A stretch of DNA of 19,374 bases from Gemmatimonadota bacterium (GTDB lineage: Bacteria; Gemmatimonadota; Gemmatimonadetes; Gemmatimonadales; GWC2-71-9). The notes under the pieces were generated by a model that saw only the letters and a program-made list of their open reading frames with translations, had not been told where the DNA came from and did not search any database. The position numbers and the translations under genes are program-made. The DNA is taken from the NCBI GenBank assembly GCA_039586365.1, contig JBDHKN010000088.1:1-19374 (forward strand), given 5' to 3'. Positions 1 through 7,300 of the stretch are shown here, piece by piece (the first letter of the stretch is position 1; every line of letters starts with the position of its first letter).

Positions 1-43
1 TCGGGGATCAGTGCGTGATTGGACCGAGTGAGAGGAAGAATCG

Positions 44-1045
44 ATGGCTGAGAAGAACGACCGAAAGGTTGGAGCCGTCCTGGTAGTTGGGGCCGGTGTG
101 GGAGGCATGCAGGCCTCGCTGGATCTCGCTGAATCCGGCTACAAGGTCTACCTGGTCGAGAGAGGCCCGTCTATCGGCGGGGTGATGGCCCAGCTCGACA
201 AGACGTTCCCGACCAACGACTGCGCGATGTGCACGCTCGCGCCACGCATGGTCGATTGCGGCGGCCACCTGAATATCGAGAAGCTGACCTACTCCGAGAT
301 AGAATCGATCGAGGGAACAGCGGGCAACTTCAGAGTCCGCGTCAGGAAGAAGGCGCGCTTCGTCGATCCAGACAGGTGCACTGGCTGCGGGGAGTGCGTC
401 CAATACTGCCTTGTCAGAAACAGCCCTTACCTGGAACCGGCCGGGATAGGCGAAATCGCGGAACTGCCGGAAGAGTTGGATGGCCTCAGAAGGATAGTCG
501 AGAAATACAGAGGTCGGAGAGGGGCAATAGTCCCCGTCCTGCAAGAGGCACAGGAGCTGTACAACTACCTGCCGGAAAGCGCGGTCCGGTATCTGTGTAG
601 GGAACTGACCATCCCGCTTAGCCTGGCATTCAGGCTGGCCACCTTCTACAACGCGTTCAGCCTCACTCCCAAGGGCAAGCACGTTCTGCGGGTCTGTATG
701 GGTACGGCTTGCTACGTCAAAGGCGGGAAGAGAATCCTGAGGGCATCTCAGAAGTATCTGAACGTCGAAGTTGGCGGCGTAAGCGACGACAGGGAGTTCG
801 GCCTGGAGACGGTCAACTGTCTTGGCTGCTGCGGTCAGTCGCCCGTAGTGACACTCGACGAAGATGTATTCGGGTACATGAGGGAAACCAGGGTTCCGCG
901 ACTTGGAGAGGATCGGCGAGAAGATCAAGCGAACGATGTCGTTGAGGGAGGGGGAGGGCCGAGCCAAGGTCATCGTCCACATGGGCACGTGCGGCATAGC
1001 CGCCGGAGCCAGGACGGTCATGAAGGCATTGATGGACGAGATTGA
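44..1045 (+). CDS. Fusion of an HdrA N-terminal fragment (FAD-binding motif plus one 4Fe-4S motif) and a NuoE/HydC-like [2Fe-2S] subunit; last ~45 aa probably spurious read-through
   Basis: VLVVGAGVGGMQASLDLA, SIGGVMAQLDKTFPTNDCAMC and RFVDPDRCTGCGECVQYC are HdrA-type motifs. From ~nt 470, LQEAQELYNYLP, ATFYNAFSLTPKGKHVLRVCMGTACYVKG and ETVNCLGCCGQSP are NuoE motifs. SD-like AGAGGA at 31-36. Homology ends near nt 905. Confidence 0.88.
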   Translation: MAEKNDRKVGAVLVVGAGVGGMQASLDLAESGYKVYLVERGPSIGGVMAQLDKTFPTNDCAMCTLAPRMVDCGGHLNIEKLTYSEIESIEGTAGNFRVRVRKKARFVDPDRCTGCGECVQYCLVRNSPYLEPAGIGEIAELPEELDGLRRIVEKYRGRRGAIVPVLQEAQELYNYLPESAVRYLCRELTIPLSLAFRLATFYNAFSLTPKGKHVLRVCMGTACYVKGGKRILRASQKYLNVEVGGVSDDREFGLETVNCLGCCGQSPVVTLDEDVFGYMRETRVPRLGEDRREDQANDVVEGGGGPSQGHRPHGHVRHSRRSQDGHEGIDGRD

Positions 1046-1262
1046 TAGAAGAAACATCGGGGATGTCATCTTGACGATTTCGAGTTGCGCTGGGCTTTGC
1101 AGCCGGGAGCCGATGATTACGGTCGAACTGCAAGGTGAACCAGCAGTCAAGTACGTCGACCTGACTGCTGAGAAGGCGAAGACGGTCCTCGTCGAACATG
1201 TTCTTGGTGGTAAGATCGTCACCGAGTACGCTCTGGCTGCGGGGAGCGAGAGAAGCATCTAG
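903..1262 (+). CDS. Thioredoxin-like [2Fe-2S] ferredoxin (HndB/HydD type); 5' end uncertain
   Basis: IVHMGTCGIAAGA...SSCAGLCSREPMITV...YVDLT...EHV pattern, located between nuoE-like and nuoF-like genes. TTG start lacks a well-spaced SD. Confidence 0.82.
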   Translation: MERIGEKIKRTMSLREGEGRAKVIVHMGTCGIAAGARTVMKALMDEIDRRNIGDVILTISSCAGLCSREPMITVELQGEPAVKYVDLTAEKAKTVLVEHVLGGKIVTEYALAAGSERSI

Positions 1263-1276
1263 GGAGATTTCGAGCG

Positions 1277-4200
1277 ATGGCATACAGAGCAAACGCAATG
1301 ATATGTACGTGTACAAACTGCATATCGAACGGCTCTTTGCGGATAAAAGATGCGCTCGAAGCCGAGATAGAGCGGCGCGGCTTGCAGGATGACGTTCTGG
1401 TCGTTCCAACGGGGGCGAGCGGGCTTTGTGTGCGAGGTCCGATCCTCATAGTCCAACCCGATGGCATCTTCTATCAACGTCTCAGAACGGAGGATATTCC
1501 CTACCTGGTAGAGGAACACCTCCTGAAGGGGAGACCTGTAAGGTCCCTCATGTATGTCCCTCCTGGTGAAGAGGTTCCGATTCCGGAACTGCGAGCGATT
1601 CCATTCTTCAAGGACCAGAGACTTGTCGCCTTGCGGAATCGCGGCATGATCGACCCGGACAAGATGGACGAGTACATAGCCAGAGATGGCTACAAGGCTC
1701 TGGCGAAGGTCCTGACCTCAATGACGCCGGAAGAGGTGATCGCAACGATAAAGGACGCAGGGCTCCGAGGTAGAGGGGGAGCTGGATTTCCGACCGGCGT
1801 GAAGTGGGAACTGTGCAGGAAGTCGCGCGGCGAGCCCAAGTACGTGATATGCAATGCTGACGAGGGTGACCCCGGCGCGTTTATGGATCGAAGCATCATA
1901 GAGGCCGATCCCCACTCCATTCTCGAGGGCATGGCTATAGGTGCCTACGCCATAGGAGCATCCACGGGGTACGTATATGTGAGAATCGAATACCCGCTGG
2001 CGATTGAGAGGTTGGAGAACGCTGTCAGGCAGGCATACGATTCTGGATTGCTGGGAGAAGACATCTTCGGCAGTGGGTTCGACTTTGATGTTGAGATCTT
2101 TCAGGGGGCCGGGGCCTTCGTCTGTGGAGAGGAAACGTCGCTCATCGCCTCCATTGAGGGCAGGCCACCTGAGCCTCGTGTGCGTCCCCCGTTCCCTGTG
2201 CAGTCGGGGCTCTGGGGCAATCCAACGAACATCAACAACGTAGAGACCTGGGCAAACGTCCCGGTCATTATCAACTGGGGGGCGAAGTGGTTTTCGGCGC
2301 TGGGGACCGAGACCTCAAAAGGCACAAAAGTCTTCTCCTTAGCAGGCAACGTCAACAATGCTGGGTTAGTCGAAGTGCCGATGGGCATGACTCTCCGGGA
2401 GATAATCTATGACATAGGCGGGGGGATCCCTTGGGGAAAGAAGTTGAAGGCCGTTCAGACGGGTGGTCCCTCCGGCGGTTTCATTCCGCCCCATTTGCTG
2501 GAGATGCCCGTGGACTATGAGCGCCTGAAGGAGGTTGGCGCGATCATGGGCTCGGGTGGAATGGTCGTCATGGACGAAGACACGTGTATAGTGGATATCG
2601 CGAAGTATTTCCTGGAGTTCACGAATGACGAGTCCTGCGGTAAGTGTACCGCCTGCCGAGAAGGCTCAGAGGTGCTCCTCAAGCTGCTTAGCAAGATCTC
2701 CGATGGAGATGGAGAGGAGACAGACCTGACGCTTCTGGAGGAGCTGGGGGAAGCGGTCAGAGAAGCCTCGATGTGTGGGCTAGGGCAGACTCTCCCCAAT
2801 CCTGTACTGAGCACGGTGCAGCATTTCAGAGACGAATATGAGGCACACATCAAGTACAAGAGGTGTCCGGCCGCAGTCTGCAAGGGCATAATCTCGTCGC
2901 CGTGTCAGCACACCTGTCCTATCGGCCAAGATGTGCCTTGCTATATCGGCTTGATCGCACAAGGAAGGTTCGACGAAGCCGTTCGGATCGTGAGGAGGGA
3001 GAATCCACTACCTGCCATATGCGGCAGGGTCTGTACTGCTCCCTGTCAGGACAAATGCCGCTCAGGTGCGGGAGGTGGGGAGGCGATCTCTATCCGGGCG
3101 CTCAAGCGGTTCTTGGCTGACTACGAACGGGCGAAGGGCCTCAGCCTGACGCCCAAACCGAAAGAGGCGCGACCCGAACAGGTCGCTATCGTAGGCTCGG
3201 GACCCGCCGGACTCACGTGCGCCTACTATCTCGCCCTCGAAGGATATCGTGTCACGATCTTTGAGTCGCTTCCGGTTGCGGGCGGTATGCTGGCGACCGG
3301 AATTCCAGACTACAGGTTGCCCAAGGATCTCCTGAGATATGAGATCGACATTATCAAGAACCTCGGCGTGGAGATCAGGACGAACACGACCGTGGGCAAG
3401 GACGTTCAGCTATCTGATCTGAGGGAGCAATATAATGCCGTATTCCTGGCAGCGGGTGCTCACAAGGGGCTGAAGCTGAACATCGAGGGCGAGGACTCCG
3501 CGCAGGTCATCGATGCAGTGGACTTGCTACGTGCAGTCAATCTTGGAGGCGAGGTCAGTATCGGGGAAAGGGTCGCGGTGATCGGCGGAGGAGACGCCGC
3601 CGTAGATGCGGCTAGAGTGGCAAAGCGCTTGGGCAAAGATGTCAAGGTATTCTACAGGCGAACCAGAGCAGAGATGCCAGCGGCCAGAGAGGAGATCGAG
3701 CAACTGCATCAAGAGGGGATCGAGATTCAGTTCCTGGTGGCACCGGTAAGAGTGCTGCATGAGAATGGAGGGTTGAAAGGAATTGAATGCATCAGGATGG
3801 CGCTGGGAGACATCGACAAGAGCGGCAGGAGAAGGCCGGTTCCGATAGAAGGATCGGAATTCGCGGTCGAGATTGACACTCTGATCCCTGCCATCGGTCA
3901 GGAGCCGGACGTTGTGCCTTTGGTGGACGGCAACGGGCTTAAGCTGTCCCGATGGAGCACTATCGAGGTCGACCTGGAGACCCTGCATGCCGGGGGGGAA
4001 GGGATCTTTGCCGGCGGAGACGTTGTCACCGGCCCCGCCACGGTTGTACAGGCAATGGCTCACGGGAAGACCGCCAGCCAGATGATACACAACTATATCC
4101 AGGGAATCCCGATCGAGAGGCAATACAGTGTGACCCGCCCGGCGATGGATGTGGGGGTCGTTGAACTCACTGACGAAGAGATCGAGAAGCTGCACAGGCC

Positions 4201-4330
4201 TGAAATGCCGCTGCTGCCAGTAGAGGAGCGGACCGGGAACTTCAAGGAGGTGGAGTTAGGCTTCACCGCCGAGATGGCCGTCATGGAAGCGAAGCGGTGT
4301 GTCAGGTGCGACAAAGAGACCGAGGAATGA
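1277..4330 (+). CDS. NuoF/HydB-like FMN/NADH-binding subunit fused to a GltD/NfnB/SudA-like FAD/NAD(P)H oxidoreductase domain
   Basis: NuoF motifs: GLRGRGGAGFPTG, NADEGDPGAFMDRS, GAFVCGEETSLIASIEG, ESCGKCTACREG, SMCGLGQ. GltD-type motifs: PCQHTCP, CGRVCTAPCQDKC, VAIVGSGPAG, GIPDYRLP, VIGGGDAAVD, YRRT, FAGGDVVTGP, EAKRCVRC. SD AGGGAG at 1261-1266. Confidence 0.93.
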   Translation: MAYRANAMICTCTNCISNGSLRIKDALEAEIERRGLQDDVLVVPTGASGLCVRGPILIVQPDGIFYQRLRTEDIPYLVEEHLLKGRPVRSLMYVPPGEEVPIPELRAIPFFKDQRLVALRNRGMIDPDKMDEYIARDGYKALAKVLTSMTPEEVIATIKDAGLRGRGGAGFPTGVKWELCRKSRGEPKYVICNADEGDPGAFMDRSIIEADPHSILEGMAIGAYAIGASTGYVYVRIEYPLAIERLENAVRQAYDSGLLGEDIFGSGFDFDVEIFQGAGAFVCGEETSLIASIEGRPPEPRVRPPFPVQSGLWGNPTNINNVETWANVPVIINWGAKWFSALGTETSKGTKVFSLAGNVNNAGLVEVPMGMTLREIIYDIGGGIPWGKKLKAVQTGGPSGGFIPPHLLEMPVDYERLKEVGAIMGSGGMVVMDEDTCIVDIAKYFLEFTNDESCGKCTACREGSEVLLKLLSKISDGDGEETDLTLLEELGEAVREASMCGLGQTLPNPVLSTVQHFRDEYEAHIKYKRCPAAVCKGIISSPCQHTCPIGQDVPCYIGLIAQGRFDEAVRIVRRENPLPAICGRVCTAPCQDKCRSGAGGGEAISIRALKRFLADYERAKGLSLTPKPKEARPEQVAIVGSGPAGLTCAYYLALEGYRVTIFESLPVAGGMLATGIPDYRLPKDLLRYEIDIIKNLGVEIRTNTTVGKDVQLSDLREQYNAVFLAAGAHKGLKLNIEGEDSAQVIDAVDLLRAVNLGGEVSIGERVAVIGGGDAAVDAARVAKRLGKDVKVFYRRTRAEMPAAREEIEQLHQEGIEIQFLVAPVRVLHENGGLKGIECIRMALGDIDKSGRRRPVPIEGSEFAVEIDTLIPAIGQEPDVVPLVDGNGLKLSRWSTIEVDLETLHAGGEGIFAGGDVVTGPATVVQAMAHGKTASQMIHNYIQGIPIERQYSVTRPAMDVGVVELTDEEIEKLHRPEMPLLPVEERTGNFKEVELGFTAEMAVMEAKRCVRCDKETEE

Positions 4331-4410
4331 GAGGCACAAGATGATCGGCGGCGACGTTGATCTTCGTGCGTTCGCTACACCCTGTCAGCGGTGAGGATGT
4401 TGCAGAGAAG

Positions 4411-4767
4411 ATGAAACTGGAACAAGTAAGACAAATCCTTAATGCAGAGGTGATAACAGGTGAAAACCTGCTATCCAGAGAGGCCACCATGGGGTGCGGC
4501 GCGGACCTGATGAGCGATGTGCTGGCCTATGGCAAGCCGGGTTCTCTTCTCTTGACAGGGCTGACGAACCAACAGGTGGTGCGCACAGCGGAGATGGCGG
4601 ACCTCGTGGCCATCTGCTTTGTCCGCGGCAAGAGGCCGGATGCGGAAACCGTCAAGATGGCGAAGAGCCATGGGTTGCCGCTGTTGTGGACGAAGGTGCC
4701 GATGTTCGAGAGCTGCGGCCGGTTGTACAAGCACGGTCTCGTCGGCGTTTCTGAATACGGGGAATAG
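4411..4767 (+). CDS. DRTGG domain protein
   Basis: MKLEQVRQIL...GADLMSDVLAY...LLLTGLTNQQVVRTAEM...FVRGKRP pattern. ATG at 4411 preferred over the ORF-track TTG at 4357. Confidence 0.85.
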   Translation: MKLEQVRQILNAEVITGENLLSREATMGCGADLMSDVLAYGKPGSLLLTGLTNQQVVRTAEMADLVAICFVRGKRPDAETVKMAKSHGLPLLWTKVPMFESCGRLYKHGLVGVSEYGE

Positions 4768-4783
4768 CAGGAGTGGTGCAGGT

Positions 4784-5713
4784 ATGCCGTTCACCAAGGT
4801 TCAGGAACTGGTCTACGAGATGAAGGTCAACGAGGTGATGACCAGGAGTGTCATCACCGTTGACGCTCGGACACCGATGAGCCAGTTGCGGGAGGTCTTT
4901 CGTGATAAGAAGATCTCGGGTACACCGGTCGTGCAGGATGGCAAGCTCGTTGGCATCATAAGTCTCGAAGATTTCATCAAGTGGCTCTATGGCAGAGAGC
5001 AGAACTCCGTCATCGAGACGAAGATGACAAAGGAGGTGGAGACTCTCTACGATGACGAGCCACTGGTTCACGCAGTCAGCAAGTTCGACAGGTTGGGCTT
5101 CGGTCGGTTTGCGGTCATCGAGCGGCAAACCGGCAGGTTGGTCGGTGTGATTACGAAGGGAGACATCATCGCGGGGGTACTGAAGAAACTGGAGATCGAC
5201 TATCACGAGGAAGAGATACATCGCTACCGTGCAAGTCACATATTCGAGGACATTGTGGCCGACAGGACGACGCTCGTGTTTGAGTATGACGTCATAGGCC
5301 AAGATTTCGATCGAGGTGGGGAGAGCTCCAGCCGACTGAAACGCACACTGAAGCGCCTAGGCTTGGATCCCGTCACGGTTCGCCGAGTGGCCATAGCCAC
5401 GTATGAGGCGGAGATGAATCTCATCGTATTCACGGAGGGCGGGAAAATAGTGGCTCGTGTCGAGCCGGGCCGAGTAACCATGGAAGTGGATGACTCGGGT
5501 CCGGGAATCGCCGATGTCGAGAAAGCCCTTCAGCCAGGATATTCGACTGCACCGCAGTGGGTTAGAGACCTGGGGTTCGGAGCTGGGATGGGCCTGAACA
5601 ATATCCAGAAGTGCGCGGACCATATGGATATTGTTTCGGCTCCAGGCAAAGGTACTCACCTCAAGATATCCATCTTGACGGGAGATGAGCGTGAAGCTGG
5701 CCGAGATAGTTGA
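4784..5713 (+). CDS. CBS-pair domain plus RsbT/RsbW-like (anti-sigma factor type) Ser/Thr kinase domain
   Basis: CBS motifs KVNEVMT..ISGTPVV..LVGIISLED and LVGVITKGDI. GHKL motifs YEAEMN, DDSGPGI, GYST, GFGAGMGLNNI, GKGT. ATG at 4784 follows AGGAG/AGGT. Confidence 0.88.
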   Translation: MPFTKVQELVYEMKVNEVMTRSVITVDARTPMSQLREVFRDKKISGTPVVQDGKLVGIISLEDFIKWLYGREQNSVIETKMTKEVETLYDDEPLVHAVSKFDRLGFGRFAVIERQTGRLVGVITKGDIIAGVLKKLEIDYHEEEIHRYRASHIFEDIVADRTTLVFEYDVIGQDFDRGGESSSRLKRTLKRLGLDPVTVRRVAIATYEAEMNLIVFTEGGKIVARVEPGRVTMEVDDSGPGIADVEKALQPGYSTAPQWVRDLGFGAGMGLNNIQKCADHMDIVSAPGKGTHLKISILTGDEREAGRDS

Positions 5714-6035
5714 GAAGCTCGATCTGGCGGTCCGAACCGCTGGCGGGCGTCTGGGTAGGGAGGTCACTGCAGGATATGCCAGCGATCTCATGAGCGATGT
5801 GATCGCGCACGCCAAGCCGGGAACGCTCTGGGTGACACTGCAGATCCATCAGAACATAGTTGCAGTGGCCAGCATGAATGAGCTTGCCGGAATCGTGCTG
5901 GTAAACGGTCGCGAGCCGGAGGCGGAGACGATCGAAAAGGCGGAAGCCGAGGGTCTGCCGATAATGGTGACGCCGCTGCCGACGTTTGAGGTAGTCGGCA
6001 GGCTCTACAGCCTGGGGATCCCGGGAATCGCCTGA
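5691..6035 (+). CDS. Second DRTGG domain protein
   Basis: GYASDLMSDVIAH...LWVTLQIHQNIVAVA pattern. GTG at 5691 is 6 nt after GGGAG (5680-5684); ATG at 5685 is the alternative start. Confidence 0.85.
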   Translation: MKLAEIVEKLDLAVRTAGGRLGREVTAGYASDLMSDVIAHAKPGTLWVTLQIHQNIVAVASMNELAGIVLVNGREPEAETIEKAEAEGLPIMVTPLPTFEVVGRLYSLGIPGIA

Positions 6036-6065
6036 GGAAGGCGAGGCGGGCCGCCGGAAGACTGG

Positions 6066-6782
6066 ATGAGGCAACTGAGAGCAGACTTGCACGTGCACAC
6101 CTGCCTTTCTCCGTGTGCGGAGCCCGAGATGGTGCCAACCGCGATCGTCAAGCGGGCAAAGCGGATAGGCTTAAACATCATTGGCGTATGTGATCACAAC
6201 TCGGCCGAGAACGTCGGTGCTGTGGTCAGAGCAGGGCAGCGAGAGAACCTGTCCATCATAGTCGGAATGGAGATCACCTCCCGTGAAGAGGTGCACATTC
6301 TGGGCCTGTTCGGTGATGAGGACCCCTTGCTGCGTCTTCAAGACCTGGTTTACGAGAACTTGCCTGGGGAGAACGACCCGGAAGCCTTCGGCCCTCAGAT
6401 GGTTGTAGACGAGTTCGACAGCGTTGTGGGATCGACTACGAAACTCCTGATCGGAGCCACTACCTTCTCGCTGGAGGAGACGGTGAACGCGATCCATGAC
6501 GCCGGAGGACTGGCAATCGCCGCACACATCGACCGTGAGCGGTTCGGCCTGATCGGGCAGCTGGGGTTCATCCCCGAGGGACTTCCCCTGGATGCTCTGG
6601 AGGTTTCGCCCCGCGCGTCGATCGCCAACTGGAACGGGTTCCCGGTAGTCAGCTCTTCGGACGCCCATTTCTTGAACGACATTGGCAAGAGCTCTACCTG
6701 CTTCTTGCTCGAGGAAGCAACGCTTGAGGAGATCGCAAAGGCACTCAGAAACGAGGATGGTCGGAGGATAGTGTGCGGCTAG
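6066..6782 (+). CDS. PHP-family metal-dependent phosphoesterase
   Basis: DLHVHTCLSPCA, CDHNS, GMEITSREEVH, AHIDR and SSDAH metal-binding motifs. Confidence 0.92.
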   Translation: MRQLRADLHVHTCLSPCAEPEMVPTAIVKRAKRIGLNIIGVCDHNSAENVGAVVRAGQRENLSIIVGMEITSREEVHILGLFGDEDPLLRLQDLVYENLPGENDPEAFGPQMVVDEFDSVVGSTTKLLIGATTFSLEETVNAIHDAGGLAIAAHIDRERFGLIGQLGFIPEGLPLDALEVSPRASIANWNGFPVVSSSDAHFLNDIGKSSTCFLLEEATLEEIAKALRNEDGRRIVCG

Positions 6783-7247
6783 ATGGAAGATTTTGCGCTT
6801 CACATCTTGGACATAGCCGAGAACTCCATTGCTGCTTCAGCGAAGAGAATCGAGATTCTGATCATTGAAGATACGATGAATGACCTTCTGTCTATCGAGA
6901 TCAGAGACGACGGTAAGGGCATGGATGCAGAGACCCGTGAAAGAGCTCTAGATCCTTTTTTTACGACGCGGACGACGCGCCGGGTTGGCTTGGGTATTCC
7001 GTTGCTGGCTCAGGCGGCTAGGGAAAGCGACGGAACCATCGAGATCATCTCTGAGCCGGGGAAAGGGACTACAGTCAAGGCTTGTTTCCGTCACAGTCAC
7101 CCAGACCGCAAGCCGTTGGGGGACATCGCTGAGACGGTGCGCACGATAATGGCCGGGAAAGCGGAGTTGGAGCTCAAATACGAGCACAGGATAGACGGCT
7201 CTGTGTATCGGTTGGACACGAGGGATCTGAAGGCAACCGATGCGTAG
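6783..7247 (+). CDS. Stand-alone HATPase_c (histidine-kinase-like ATPase) protein
   Basis: LHILDIAENS (N box), DDGKGM (G1), DPFFTT (F box), VGLGIP (G2), HPDRKPLGD. Starts immediately after the PHP stop codon. Confidence 0.88.
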   Translation: MEDFALHILDIAENSIAASAKRIEILIIEDTMNDLLSIEIRDDGKGMDAETRERALDPFFTTRTTRRVGLGIPLLAQAARESDGTIEIISEPGKGTTVKACFRHSHPDRKPLGDIAETVRTIMAGKAELELKYEHRIDGSVYRLDTRDLKATDA

Positions 7248-7300
7248 GGTATGGCCCGGTTGCGTGAGCGCGAGGGACCTTCCTGCACAGGGTATGTGAG

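Noticed and set aside
882..888. GGGAAAC slippery-like heptamer at the nuoE/ferredoxin junction
   Set aside because: It is out of phase with ORF 44, and joining the two genes needs a +1 shift, not -1.
8..1258. 416-aa minus-strand ORF and other long antisense ORFs (7745-8644, 15693-16946, 16307-17335, 17997-18875)
   Set aside because: They lie wholly opposite well-supported genes, show no recognisable motifs, and are expected shadows in GC-rich coding DNA.
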